Positions 28,023-39,334 of a DNA stretch of 64,000 nt are shown here, piece after piece. The translations under genes and the position numbers were made by a program. Where the stretch lies: the NCBI GenBank assembly GCA_050944395.1, contig JBMNQZ010000003.1:22244-86243 (forward strand). The letters run 5' to 3'. The stretch comes from Lachnospiraceae bacterium (GTDB taxonomy: Bacteria; Bacillota; Clostridia; Lachnospirales; Lachnospiraceae). The first letter of the stretch is position 1. Each line of letters opens with the position of its first letter. Under the pieces are notes generated by a model. The model saw nothing but the letters and a program-made list of their open reading frames with translations, ran no database searches and was not told the origin of the DNA.

Positions 28023-28695
28023 GGATGTGTTTAAAAAATCGGTACTTGAGTCGTTTACTTCAAATAACGGCATCACCATGGAGTTCGTTCTCCAGGCGGT
28101 TATCGCCATGGCAATCGCCATCGTTCTCGGAGTGATAATATTTTTTATCTACAGGCACTATTACGGCGGAGTTGTATACTCGTCTTCCTTTGCGGTCACT
28201 CTTGTCGGAATGACTGCACTGACATGTATGCTGACCCTTGCCATCAGCAGCAATATCGTTATCTCGCTTGGTATGGTCGGTGCCCTTTCAATTGTAAGAT
28301 ACAGGACAGCTATAAAGGATCCGATGGATCTTTTGTACATTTTCTGGTCGATATCGGTGGGAATCACTGTTGCGGCCAACCTGTATGTGCTTGCTGCCAT
28401 TGCCATGGTGGTCATGACGCTTATCGTGCACGTATTTTATCACAGGAGAAAAACGGGAACAATTTACATTATGGTCATTCATTATTCCGATGAGCTGGCT
28501 GAAAATGAGATCTATAAGATAATTCATACCATGAAATATCAGCTCAAGTCGAAGACTATAAGAAAAGGTGTGACCGAGATGACGATTGAGATAATGTCCA
28601 GACATAACAATACGGCATTTGTCAACCTCATTTCGGATATTGACGGAGTAAATGACGCTACTCTTATCCAGTATAACGGAGAGTATAACGGATAA
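28012..28695 (+). CDS. DUF4956-family integral membrane protein
   Basis: Several TM helices and the conserved block GALSIVRYRTAIKDPMDLLYIFWSI. ATG 28012 has a GAGGGAG RBS. It overlaps the VTC gene end. Confidence 0.7.
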   Translation: MSIKDVFKKSVLESFTSNNGITMEFVLQAVIAMAIAIVLGVIIFFIYRHYYGGVVYSSSFAVTLVGMTALTCMLTLAISSNIVISLGMVGALSIVRYRTAIKDPMDLLYIFWSISVGITVAANLYVLAAIAMVVMTLIVHVFYHRRKTGTIYIMVIHYSDELAENEIYKIIHTMKYQLKSKTIRKGVTEMTIEIMSRHNNTAFVNLISDIDGVNDATLIQYNGEYNG

Positions 28696-28697
28696 TA

Positions 28698-30140
28698 ATG
28701 GAGAAAAAGAGAAGAAGAGGGCTTATTCAGGCTCTTATTATGATAATTATGGCAGCTGCCATAGCTGTCATCCTGATATATATGATACCGGAAAGGCATC
28801 ATCTCAATGATGAGGTCGTGTATCAGGTTGATCCTTCTGTGACCGATAATCCGCTCATAGGATTTGCACCTCCGGCTGAAAATGTCGATGAATGCAGCAG
28901 GACAAATCTGGTCTTTATAAGGCTCAGGTGGGCGGACTGGGAGCCTCAGGAGGGGAAGTTTGATACGGATTACCTGAGGGAGACTTTTCATATTGATGAA
29001 TACAGCGCACAGAATAAACACTGTGTGCTGCGTTTTGTGTGCGATATTCCGGGGGAGGAGCAGCACACGGATATTCCCGAATGGGTTATGGAAAAAACAG
29101 GCGGACAGTATTATACTAATGAATACGGATCTGGCTGCATGCCTTCGTATTCCAATCCGGAATTCATCAGGCTGCATGAAAGAGCGGTGAAGGAGCTGGC
29201 AAAGTTCTTTGACGGGGATGATTTTCTTTCCTATGTGGAGCTTGGCAGTCTCGGACACTGGGGAGAGTGGCACTGCATGGATTCGGAGGGAAGAAACTGT
29301 ATGCCTGAGGAAGAGACTTTATGGGATTATGTCCTTCCCTATACAGACAATTTTACGAATTCAAGGATACTTATGAGGCGCAGCTATCAGATGGCCGGGG
29401 ACGGTGGTCTGGGATTATACAATGATATTCTGGGTGATTCCGGCGGAACCGGGGAGTGGCTGTCGTGGACAAATGAAGGCGGACAGCAGGAGCTTTCCAA
29501 GGGAAATGCGGCACTGGTGCCGATGGAGGATTTCTGGAAAAAGGCGCCGGCAGGCGGCGAGTTCTCAAGCGAGCTGAGTCCGGAGGAGTTGATGAATACC
29601 GGCCTTAGCGATATACTTGAGGAACTTGATAAGTGCCATGTTTCATTTATCGGGCCGAATTGTGCTCTGTATGATCCGGAATATTCGGCAGGGTACGAGG
29701 CATTGAAAAAAAGAATAGGGTACCGTATATATATCTCGCGTCTTGAAACAAAATTTAAGTTTGCGGAAAATGCGATCGAGGTGAGCCTTGAATGGAAAAA
29801 CGACGGAAATGCTCCTATTTACTGGGACTGGCCGGTTATGCTGAAGGTTTTTGACAGTGAGGGGAATCCTGTTTACTGGGAAAGTCTGGATATTAATTTA
29901 TCGGAGCTGGTGCCGGGTACCGTTATCAATACAAAGGCGTCTATTCCATTTACGGATGAAATCAAGGAGGGCTTTTCCATAGGTATCATGGCGGTTGACT
30001 ATGAGGAGGACGAAACCCTGACGCTTGCTATTGAGTACGACGATGAAAATTCGGATGAATCGGGAATCCCTTCGTCAATGGAGCGGATAGAAGGTGCCCA
30101 GATCGTTTACAGATATGTAAAAAATCAGAAAGGCAGTTGA
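28698..30140 (+). CDS. DUF4832-type (glycoside-hydrolase-like) membrane-anchored protein
   Basis: N-terminal TM anchor. The block ELGSLGHWGEWH is typical of DUF4832-like TIM-barrel proteins. Confidence 0.55.
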   Translation: MEKKRRRGLIQALIMIIMAAAIAVILIYMIPERHHLNDEVVYQVDPSVTDNPLIGFAPPAENVDECSRTNLVFIRLRWADWEPQEGKFDTDYLRETFHIDEYSAQNKHCVLRFVCDIPGEEQHTDIPEWVMEKTGGQYYTNEYGSGCMPSYSNPEFIRLHERAVKELAKFFDGDDFLSYVELGSLGHWGEWHCMDSEGRNCMPEEETLWDYVLPYTDNFTNSRILMRRSYQMAGDGGLGLYNDILGDSGGTGEWLSWTNEGGQQELSKGNAALVPMEDFWKKAPAGGEFSSELSPEELMNTGLSDILEELDKCHVSFIGPNCALYDPEYSAGYEALKKRIGYRIYISRLETKFKFAENAIEVSLEWKNDGNAPIYWDWPVMLKVFDSEGNPVYWESLDINLSELVPGTVINTKASIPFTDEIKEGFSIGIMAVDYEEDETLTLAIEYDDENSDESGIPSSMERIEGAQIVYRYVKNQKGS

Positions 30141-30152
30141 CACAGACAGAAA

Positions 30153-31952
30153 ATGAAAGAATATGTAATGGGTAACAGTGCCATTGCTCTGGGAGCGATG
30201 GCAGCGGGTGTAAATCTGGCGGCAGGATATCCGGGAACCCCATCCTCGGAGATCATTGAAACTATTGCAAAGAGACCGCATGAAGGGGTATATATTGAAT
30301 GGTCCGTGAATGAGAAAGCGGCTATGGAGGTTGCGGTAAGCGCGTCGTATTGCGGAGCCAGAACTCTCGTCACCATGAAGCAGATGGGACTTAATGTTGC
30401 AGCCGATGCGCTCATGTCCGCCGCGTATGTGGGGGTCAAGGGCGGCATGGTGGTGGTTGCGGCCGACGATCCGGGTCCGATCTCATCCCAGACTGAGCAG
30501 GATACCCGTCGGTTTGCGGATTTTGCCCGCATTCCGGTATTTGATCCGTCATCGCCGGAGGAGGCATACGAGATGATACAGGATGCTTTTGAGTGTTCTG
30601 AAAAGTACGGAACACCGGTTATTTTCAGACCCACGACCAGAGTCTGCCATGCCTATGCCTCTATTGACGTGAAGGAGGATCTCAGACCGAAGGAATATGA
30701 AGGCTTTGTAAAGGATTCGGGAAAATGGGTCATATTCCCGAGGCTTTCATATATTAACCACGGGCTGATCGAAAAGAGAAATGCGGATATCGCGGAAGAA
30801 TATTCCGATTACAGATACAACACGGCGGAGGGTGATATGGCCTCGGAAAAGGCGGTCGCTGCCTCCGGTGTGAGCTATGCCTATGTGAAGGAATGCTTAA
30901 AGGACATTCCGGGAGTAAGGCTCGTAAGGATCGCGTCGGCTTTTCCGTTTCCGGAGAGCTTTGCCCTCGATGCGTTTAAGGGCGTCAAAGAAGTACTCTG
31001 CTTCGAGGAACTCAGCCCCTATATCGAGGAGCAGCTTTTGAAGCTTGCGGGAAAGCATCATCTTGATCTCTGCGTCAGAGGAAAACTGACAGGGGATCTT
31101 CCGGTAAACGGAGAGTATGGAGCCGACATGGCTTTCGATGTCCTTGGAAGATTTTTGGGGACAGATAATTTGAGGGGAGGCATTGACATTTCGGATGCGC
31201 CCTCCCTGCCTCAAAGACCGCCCGTACTTTGTGCCGGATGTCCTCACAGGGCGTCCTTCTATGCCGTAAAGCAGGCTATGAAGGGCAGAAAATCGGTATT
31301 TTGCGGGGATATCGGATGCTATACCCTGGGAAATGCAATGCCGCTTGATATGGTGGATACCTGCCTTTGTATGGGAGCGGGAATCACAATGGCCCAGGGC
31401 CTCGGAAGAATGGAGAAGGATACGATCTGCTTTGCCTTCGTGGGAGATTCCACCTTCTTTGCTTCGGGAATGACCGGGATAGTGAATGCCGTCTACAATG
31501 ATGCCGATATGGTTCTGTGTGTGCTGGACAATTCGACCACTGCAATGACGGGACATCAGCCCCATCCCGGAACCGGGAAGAATATGATGGGCGGAATAGT
31601 GGAAAAGGTCAGTATAGAGAAAATTCTGGAGGCTGTCGGCGTCAAAAAGATCGTAACGGCAGATCCGCTCGATCTGAAGAAATCGGTGAGCGCGGTGAAG
31701 GAATGTGCGGATATCAGAGGAGTTACGGCAGTTATCTTCAAATCTCCGTGTATAGCGATTGAAAAGTCCCGCAAAAAATGCGAGGTGGGACAAAAGTGTA
31801 TAGGATGTAAAAAATGTATACGCGAAATAGGCTGTCCGGCGCTTGTGTCAGATAACGGAAGGGTCTGTATCGATCCGGGACTTTGCACCGGATGCGGCCT
31901 GTGTGCACAGATCTGCCCTGTGGATGCGATCGGAGGTGTCTCAAATGAATAA
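30153..31952 (+). CDS. iorA: Indolepyruvate:ferredoxin oxidoreductase subunit alpha
   Basis: N-terminus GNSAIALGAMAAGVNLAAGYPGTPSSEI. TPP-binding region GDSTFFASG. C-terminal 2x[4Fe-4S] ferredoxin motifs (CIGCKKCIREIGCP and CTGCGLCAQICP). Confidence 0.88.
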   Translation: MKEYVMGNSAIALGAMAAGVNLAAGYPGTPSSEIIETIAKRPHEGVYIEWSVNEKAAMEVAVSASYCGARTLVTMKQMGLNVAADALMSAAYVGVKGGMVVVAADDPGPISSQTEQDTRRFADFARIPVFDPSSPEEAYEMIQDAFECSEKYGTPVIFRPTTRVCHAYASIDVKEDLRPKEYEGFVKDSGKWVIFPRLSYINHGLIEKRNADIAEEYSDYRYNTAEGDMASEKAVAASGVSYAYVKECLKDIPGVRLVRIASAFPFPESFALDAFKGVKEVLCFEELSPYIEEQLLKLAGKHHLDLCVRGKLTGDLPVNGEYGADMAFDVLGRFLGTDNLRGGIDISDAPSLPQRPPVLCAGCPHRASFYAVKQAMKGRKSVFCGDIGCYTLGNAMPLDMVDTCLCMGAGITMAQGLGRMEKDTICFAFVGDSTFFASGMTGIVNAVYNDADMVLCVLDNSTTAMTGHQPHPGTGKNMMGGIVEKVSIEKILEAVGVKKIVTADPLDLKKSVSAVKECADIRGVTAVIFKSPCIAIEKSRKKCEVGQKCIGCKKCIREIGCPALVSDNGRVCIDPGLCTGCGLCAQICPVDAIGGVSNE

Positions 31953-32559
31953 GGATATTTTGATCTGCGGAGTGGGCGGTCAGGGAACCGTTATGATATC
32001 AAAGATCATTGCGGCGGCCGCCATGAAGGAAGGAAACCGTGTGCATTCAGCGGAGACTATAGGAATGGCGCAGCGCGGAGGTCCGGTGACGAGTCATGTA
32101 AGAGTCGGAAACGAAGCGTTTTCACCACTCGTTCCCTTTGGAAGTGCTGATGTTCTCATCGCTTTTGAACCTGCTGAGGCGGTAAGGAACCTCAGATATT
32201 TAAAGCCGGACGGGGCTGCCGTGGTAAACACCGGGGCGGTAAAGCCCGTCACCGAATCCTTGCTTGAAACAGGCTATGACGGCAGGGAAATGATTGAATA
32301 TCTCAGAGGAAAATGCAATGCGATATTTGTAGATGCCGGACTTGAATCGTCAAAGGCGGGATCCGAAAAATTCTTTAATGTGGTTATTTTAGGGACTGCT
32401 GCCGGGACGGGATATCTCGGGATCGACAAGGATACGATCCTTGCTCAGATAGATGATCTTCTTGAGGGAAGAGGCGCTCTTGCAAAAGCGAACAGGGAAG
32501 CTTTTCTCATAGGCTATGAGATTGGAAAACAAAGTGCAGATGAAAGGGGACAGAAGTGA
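31945..32559 (+). CDS. iorB: Indolepyruvate:ferredoxin oxidoreductase subunit beta
   Basis: It starts MNKDILICGVGGQGTV at ATG 31945, overlapping the iorA stop. The longer track ORF starting at 31843 overlaps iorA and is rejected. Confidence 0.85.
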   Translation: MNKDILICGVGGQGTVMISKIIAAAAMKEGNRVHSAETIGMAQRGGPVTSHVRVGNEAFSPLVPFGSADVLIAFEPAEAVRNLRYLKPDGAAVVNTGAVKPVTESLLETGYDGREMIEYLRGKCNAIFVDAGLESSKAGSEKFFNVVILGTAAGTGYLGIDKDTILAQIDDLLEGRGALAKANREAFLIGYEIGKQSADERGQK

Positions 32560-33797
32560 AATTAAGCAGTGACCAGCTTAAAAAGGTGGATGCCCAGGTA
32601 AAGAGGTTGATAGCTTCGGGCAGTTATTACGGAAAATTATATGAAGAAATGGGAATATCCGGCGTCGGGACTCAGGAGGATTTTGAAAATCTTCCGTTTT
32701 CCAGCAAGGCGGACCTGAGAAATGCTTATCCTCTTGGAATTCAGGCAGTGCCGGATGAAGAGGTGGTGAGAATTCATTCCTCATCGGGAACTACAGGGAA
32801 GCCGGTGATCATTCCCTATACCGCAAAGGATGTGGATGACTGGGCGATAATGTTTGCAAGATGCTATGAGACCGCGGGAGTTACAAAAAAGGACAGAATA
32901 CAGATAACCCCCGGATACGGACTCTGGACGGCCGGAATAGGTTTTCAGGCAGGCTGTGAGAAGCTGGGAGCCATGGCGATTCCCATGGGTCCCGGAAATA
33001 CGGAAAAACAGCTTCAGATGATGATGGATCTTAAGAGCACAGTCCTTACGGCAACCTCATCGTATGCGCTCCTTCTGGCAGAGGAGATAAACCGACGCGG
33101 GATAAAGGACAGGATTCATCTGAAAAAAGGTATTTTCGGCTCTGAGAGATGGAGCGGAAAAATGCGTGAATACATAAAGGATGAACTGGGGATAGAGCTT
33201 TATGATATTTACGGACTGACCGAGATCTACGGACCGGGAATCGGAATAAACTGCTCCTGCCAGGAAGGGATGCATTACTGGGATGACTATATATATATAG
33301 AAATAATAGATCCCGTTACCGGAAAGAGTGTTCCGGACGGACAGGAGGGAGAGATCGTCATAACAACACTTGTCAAGGAGGGCGCTCCGCTTCTCAGATT
33401 CAGGACCCACGATATCTCCCGGATCATTCCCGGGAAATGTCCGTGCGGCATGAAATATCCGAGACTTGATATTATCAAGGGAAGAAGCGACGATATGTTC
33501 AAGGTCAATGGAGTGAATATGTTCCCGAGCCAGGTGGAGGAGATATTGGGAAATGTTGACGGTGTCTCCAGCGAATATAATATCAATATAGCGTATGATG
33601 AGGAGAAAAACAGGGATGTGATCCTTGTGACCGTGGAAGCGGAAGGCAGAGTCAACTTCGAGCGGACGGGAGCGGAGATAAGATCAAGATTCAAGTCCAG
33701 AATGGGAGTGACTCCGAAGATCACGGTGGTGCCTGTCGGAACGCTTCCGAGAACGGAGAAAAAGGCCAAAAGAGTCATAGATCACAGAGAAAGATAG
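32556..33797 (+). CDS. Phenylacetate-CoA ligase family (PaaK-like adenylate-forming enzyme)
   Basis: Motifs SSGTTGKP and YGLTE. About 410 aa. This is the classic position after iorAB. Confidence 0.8.
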   Translation: MKLSSDQLKKVDAQVKRLIASGSYYGKLYEEMGISGVGTQEDFENLPFSSKADLRNAYPLGIQAVPDEEVVRIHSSSGTTGKPVIIPYTAKDVDDWAIMFARCYETAGVTKKDRIQITPGYGLWTAGIGFQAGCEKLGAMAIPMGPGNTEKQLQMMMDLKSTVLTATSSYALLLAEEINRRGIKDRIHLKKGIFGSERWSGKMREYIKDELGIELYDIYGLTEIYGPGIGINCSCQEGMHYWDDYIYIEIIDPVTGKSVPDGQEGEIVITTLVKEGAPLLRFRTHDISRIIPGKCPCGMKYPRLDIIKGRSDDMFKVNGVNMFPSQVEEILGNVDGVSSEYNINIAYDEEKNRDVILVTVEAEGRVNFERTGAEIRSRFKSRMGVTPKITVVPVGTLPRTEKKAKRVIDHRER

Positions 33798-33871
33798 AGT
33801 ATTGACCGGAAAAATAAAGCGGAGCTCACTCACTGCGGGGTGAATTCTGCTTTATTTTTAAATAAAAAGAG

Positions 33872-33900
33872 TTGACAAAGGTTTCGCACCTATATATAAT
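33872..33900 (+). promoter_or_regulatory. Consensus sigma-A promoter of the ilv-leu operon
   Basis: TTGACA (33872-33877), a 17-nt spacer, then TATAAT (33895-33900). Confidence 0.8.
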
Positions 33901-33924
33901 TAAGCGAAACTCGATTTGAAACGC

Positions 33925-34210
33925 TGTGAAGCGGACTAGTAGATGATCATTTTCTTCTGAAGAGAGATGCCGGTTGCTGCGAGGCATTGAAGGAGGTTCG
34001 TTGAACTCACCGTGGAGCGGCTGCGGTGAAAATTGCAGTAGCTGCAGACGGGTGCTCCCGATACAGGGCAAGGGTGTGTTTGCACTTAAAGGGCATTTCA
34101 GTTTTTGAAATGAAAAAGAGTGGTACCGCGGAAGAAAGTATGATTATGTGACTCTTTCGTCTCTTTGATTATCTGGAGGAAGATAATGTGAGACGGAGGA
34201 GATTTTTTAA
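33925..34210 (+). promoter_or_regulatory. T-box leader riboswitch, probable leucine (CUC) specifier
   Basis: Stem I elements (AGAGAG at about 33960). Specifier-loop context GAA-CUC-A, with CTC at 34006-34008. Conserved T-box sequence AGAGTGGTACCGCGG at about 34117-34131. Terminator CGTCTC/GAGACG followed by ATTTTTT at about 34158-34207. Confidence 0.75.
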
Positions 34211-34302
34211 GTTTAGGGTAAAAAATTGATCGTACATATTTTTAGCTTGTCAACAGAGGAAAAGAGTTTTTAATATTATTTTACGCAGGTGGGTGATTTT
34301 AT

Positions 34303-36012
34303 ATGGAGAGTAAAACCAGCAAAACGATGAATGGCGCAAGGATCATCATTGAGACACTTATCGAGCAGGGCGTTACCGATGTTTTCGGATATCCGGGAGG
34401 AGCTGTTCTGGATATCTACGATGAGCTCTATAAGGCCGGCGACAGGATCAATCATGTTCTGGCGGCACATGAGCAGGGAGCGTCACATGCGGCAGACGGA
34501 TATTCCAGAGTAACGGGAAAGGTCGGCGTGTGTATAGCGACATCGGGCCCGGGTGCAACCAATCTTGTAACGGGAATCGCAACGGCGATGCTTGATTCGG
34601 TTCCGATGGTTGCGATCACAGGAAATGTTGGCACGGCTGCCATAGGAAAGGACAGCTTCCAGGAGGTCAACATTACCGGTATCACGATGCCGATAACAAA
34701 GCATAATTATTTCGTATCCGATGTAAACGATCTCGCCGATACTATAAGAGAGGCTTTCCAGATCGCGAAGTCCGGCAGGCCCGGTCCGGTGCTTATCGAC
34801 GTTCCGAAGGATGTACAGAAGGCAAAATGCAGGTTTGTGAAAAAGGATATTGTTCCGGAGATACCTCAGAAGATTGCAAGAGATGAGCTTATCGATCAGG
34901 CGGTAGAGCTTATCAATGAGTCAAAGAGACCGTATATCTTTATCGGAGGCGGTGCGGCAGGCGCCGGAATGGCAAATTCCATCAAGGCGCTGGCGGAAAA
35001 GATCGACGCTTATATAGGATGTACGTTTATGGGACTTTCTACGATTGAAAATTCCTACGAGAGATTCCTGGGAATGGAGGGAATGCATGGTCTCTATGCT
35101 TCTTCCAAGGCAAATGAGGAAGCCGATCTTCTCATCGGACTCGGAGTCAGATTCAGCGACAGATCTACGGGAAATCCGAAAAAATATGCGCCAAACGCAA
35201 AGATCATCCAGCTTGATCTCGATGTATCCGAGATCAACAAAAATGTTCCGGTGGACCTCGGAATCATCGGAAATATCGTGTCTTCCTTTGAGAGGATTCT
35301 TGAGAGAGTAGAGAAAAAGGAGCACCCGGAATGGGGCGCTATGATCAGAAAATACAAGGAGACGGGCAAGGCTATCGTAAGGGAGCTGGAGAATGTTCCG
35401 GGAGATACTATCACACCTATCAGGGCGTTTAATGTGATCAATTCCCTTAAAACGCCGTCAATGCCGGTCGCAACAGATGTGGGCCAGCATCAGATGTGGG
35501 CAGCACAGTACACGGATTTCGAGCAGACACGCAGATTTGCGTCAAGCGGCGGACTCGGAACCATGGGCTACGGTCTCGGAGCTGCCATTGGCTGCGCCGT
35601 TGCAAGCAAAGAAAAGACAGTGCTTATCACAGGTGACGGAAGCTTCGGAATGAACCTCAACGAGCTGGCAACAGCCGTTTCATATAATGTTCCGGTGATC
35701 ATCGTTCTCATGAACAACGGCGTTCTCGGAATGGTAAGACAGTGGCAGACACTCTTCTATGAGCAGAGATATTCCAATACGGTTCTTGGAAGGGCAACGG
35801 ATTTTGTAAAGCTTGCGGATGCCTTCGGACTTAAGGGCGTTCGGGCTGCAACTGTTGAAGAATTTAGGGCTGCCTTTGAGGATGCGATGAACCATGACGG
35901 TCCGTACCTCATCGAGGCGCTCATCGACAAAGACGAATTCGTTCTTCCGATGCTCCCGCCGGGCGGATCAATGGAAGATATTATCACTTCATTGGAAAAG
36001 GAGGCAGAATAA
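34303..36012 (+). CDS. ilvB: Acetolactate synthase large subunit
   Basis: TPP-enzyme signatures ([47 protein letters not shown]). Confidence 0.92.
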   Translation: MESKTSKTMNGARIIIETLIEQGVTDVFGYPGGAVLDIYDELYKAGDRINHVLAAHEQGASHAADGYSRVTGKVGVCIATSGPGATNLVTGIATAMLDSVPMVAITGNVGTAAIGKDSFQEVNITGITMPITKHNYFVSDVNDLADTIREAFQIAKSGRPGPVLIDVPKDVQKAKCRFVKKDIVPEIPQKIARDELIDQAVELINESKRPYIFIGGGAAGAGMANSIKALAEKIDAYIGCTFMGLSTIENSYERFLGMEGMHGLYASSKANEEADLLIGLGVRFSDRSTGNPKKYAPNAKIIQLDLDVSEINKNVPVDLGIIGNIVSSFERILERVEKKEHPEWGAMIRKYKETGKAIVRELENVPGDTITPIRAFNVINSLKTPSMPVATDVGQHQMWAAQYTDFEQTRRFASSGGLGTMGYGLGAAIGCAVASKEKTVLITGDGSFGMNLNELATAVSYNVPVIIVLMNNGVLGMVRQWQTLFYEQRYSNTVLGRATDFVKLADAFGLKGVRAATVEEFRAAFEDAMNHDGPYLIEALIDKDEFVLPMLPPGGSMEDIITSLEKEAE

Positions 36013-36013
36013 A

Positions 36014-36505
36014 GTGAGACACGTTATTTCGGTTTATGTAGACAATAAATTCGGTGTTCTTGCAAGAGTCTCCGGATTGTTCATGAGAAGAGGATTCAAT
36101 ATTGATTCGCTTACTGTCGGTGAGACGGAGGATCCGGATTTTTCAAGGATCACCGTTACCGTTCACGGAAACGAGAGCCTCCGCGACCAGGTGGTGAATC
36201 AGCTCACAAAGCTTTATAACGTAAAGAGGGTAAAATCTCTTTCATATGACGAGACTACGGAAAGAGAGCTTCTTCTTATTAAAGTGGCAAATACTTCCAA
36301 GAAGAGAAATGAAATCATTTCAGCAACGGAGGTATACAGGGGAACTATTGTTGACTACTCGTCAAATTCGATTACGATTGAAATCACGGGTGAGCCGAAC
36401 AAGATCAGTTCGTTTATCGAGCTTATGAAACCGGTAGGAATCATTGAGCTCTGTCGTACAGGTATCGTTGCTCTCGAGAGAGGAATCAATACTCTCGGAG
36501 AGTGA
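36014..36505 (+). CDS. ilvN: Acetolactate synthase small (regulatory) subunit
   Basis: ACT domain start VRHVISVYVDNKFGVLARVSGLFMRRGFNIDSLTVG. GTG 36014 lies just after the ilvB stop. The longer track ORF starting at 35894 overlaps ilvB. Confidence 0.88.
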   Translation: MRHVISVYVDNKFGVLARVSGLFMRRGFNIDSLTVGETEDPDFSRITVTVHGNESLRDQVVNQLTKLYNVKRVKSLSYDETTERELLLIKVANTSKKRNEIISATEVYRGTIVDYSSNSITIEITGEPNKISSFIELMKPVGIIELCRTGIVALERGINTLGE

Positions 36506-36586
36506 TAATATATATTAAATATGAAGCAAAGCGGAGGAATCCGCCTTACGGATATTTACAGTAGTAGCTGCGAAAGGAGATATTGA

Positions 36587-37606
<1,020 letters not shown>

Positions 37607-37654
37607 TTAACAGCGGAAAATCCGGTGTTATAAACAGTATATGAGGATTTGAAA

Positions 37655-39325
37655 ATGATAAAGGATACTATCGTAGATGGTTTTCAGAATGCGCCGCACA
37701 GAAGCCTGTATCATGCGCTCGGTCTCACAAAAGAGGAGCAGTCGCGTCCGCTTATCGGAATCGTAAGCTCCTACAACGAGATCGTTCCGGGCCACATGAA
37801 TATTGACAAGATCGTAAATGCGGTAAAAATGGGCGTTGCCATGGCAGGCGGAACCCCAATCGTGTTCCCTGCTATTGCAGTGTGTGACGGTATTGCAATG
37901 GGTCATACCGGAATGAAATACTCTCTTATCACAAGGGATATGATTGCCGACTCGACCGAGGCTATGACTCTTGCCCACGGCTTTGACGGTCTTGTAATGG
38001 TTCCGAATTGCGACAAGAATGTGCCGGGTCTTCTTATGGCAGCGGCAAGGGTGAATATCCCGACGATCTTTGTCAGCGGAGGACCTATGCTGGCGGGCCG
38101 CGTTCACGGACATAAGACAAGTCTTTCCAGCATGTTTGAGGCGGTAGGCGCCTATTCTGCCGGAAAGATCGACGAGGCTGAGCTCACGCTCTGTGAGGAG
38201 AAGACCTGCCCGTCCTGCGGTTCATGCTCAGGTATGTACACTGCAAATTCAATGAACTGCCTTACAGAGGTTCTCGGAATGGGACTTTCCGGCAACGGAA
38301 CGATCCCGGCAGTATATTCCGCGCGTATCGAGCTTGCAAAGCACGCCGGAATGCAGATCATGGATCTGGTAAGGAAAAATATCCGCCCGAGAGATATCAT
38401 GAATGAAAAGTCCATAAGGAATGCCCTCACGGCGGATATGGCGCTTGGATGCTCCACAAACAGTATGCTTCATCTTCCGGCAATCGCAAATGAATGCGGT
38501 GTGAAGTTCAATCTGGATATGGCGAATGAGATCAGTGAAAAGACACCGAATCTGTGCCACCTTGCTCCGGCGGGCCCGACTTACATGGAAGACCTCAACG
38601 AGGCAGGCGGAGTGTATGCGGTCCTTAAACAGCTTCTTGACGCCGGACTTATTGACGGAACGGCAATGACATGTACCGGAAAGACAATTGCGGAGAATGT
38701 TGAAAATGCCGTAAATATGGATGAGACTGTAATCCGTCCTCTGGACAATCCGTACACGAAGACCGGCGGAATAGCGGTTCTTCGGGGAAATCTCGCTCCG
38801 GACGGATGTGTGGTAAAGAGAAGCGCGGTGGCTTCGGAAATGCTCGTTCATGAGGGACCTGCCAAGGTATTCAACAGCGAGGAGGAGGCGATCGCAGCTA
38901 TCTACGGCGGAAAGATCGTTTCGGGAGATGTTGTTGTTATCAGATACGAAGGTCCGGCCGGCGGCCCGGGAATGAGGGAAATGCTCTCTCCGACATCCGC
39001 GATCGCGGGTATGGGACTTGACAAAGAGGTCGCTCTTATAACGGACGGACGTTTTTCGGGCGCAACAAGAGGTGCGAGCATCGGGCATGTTTCACCCGAG
39101 GCGGTTCGCGGCGGTCTTATTGCATATGTTAAGGACGGCGATATCATCTCCATCAATATTCCGGAATACTCTATCAGCCTTAAGGTGAGCGATGAGGAGA
39201 TTGCGGAAAGAAAAGCATCTATGGAGATCTGTCACAAAAAAGGTATTAAAGGCGCGCTTGCACGTTACGCGGCAGCTGTAAGCTCAGCGGACAAGGGTGC
39301 GATCATCAACAAATTTGAGGAGTAA
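37655..39325 (+). CDS. ilvD: Dihydroxy-acid dehydratase
   Basis: Motifs [34 protein letters not shown] and [14 protein letters not shown] 37655 follows a GAGGA RBS. Confidence 0.95.
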   Translation: MIKDTIVDGFQNAPHRSLYHALGLTKEEQSRPLIGIVSSYNEIVPGHMNIDKIVNAVKMGVAMAGGTPIVFPAIAVCDGIAMGHTGMKYSLITRDMIADSTEAMTLAHGFDGLVMVPNCDKNVPGLLMAAARVNIPTIFVSGGPMLAGRVHGHKTSLSSMFEAVGAYSAGKIDEAELTLCEEKTCPSCGSCSGMYTANSMNCLTEVLGMGLSGNGTIPAVYSARIELAKHAGMQIMDLVRKNIRPRDIMNEKSIRNALTADMALGCSTNSMLHLPAIANECGVKFNLDMANEISEKTPNLCHLAPAGPTYMEDLNEAGGVYAVLKQLLDAGLIDGTAMTCTGKTIAENVENAVNMDETVIRPLDNPYTKTGGIAVLRGNLAPDGCVVKRSAVASEMLVHEGPAKVFNSEEEAIAAIYGGKIVSGDVVVIRYEGPAGGPGMREMLSPTSAIAGMGLDKEVALITDGRFSGATRGASIGHVSPEAVRGGLIAYVKDGDIISINIPEYSISLKVSDEEIAERKASMEICHKKGIKGALARYAAAVSSADKGAIINKFEE

Positions 39326-39334
39326 ATAATAACT

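Noticed and set aside
31843-31944. Longer iorB start at 31843
   Set aside because: It would overlap the iorA ferredoxin domain by 110 nt. The canonical IorB N-terminus (MNKDILICGVGGQGT) begins at ATG 31945.
35894-36013. Longer ilvN start at 35894
   Set aside because: It overlaps the ilvB C-terminus out of frame. The ACT-domain N-terminus begins at GTG 36014.
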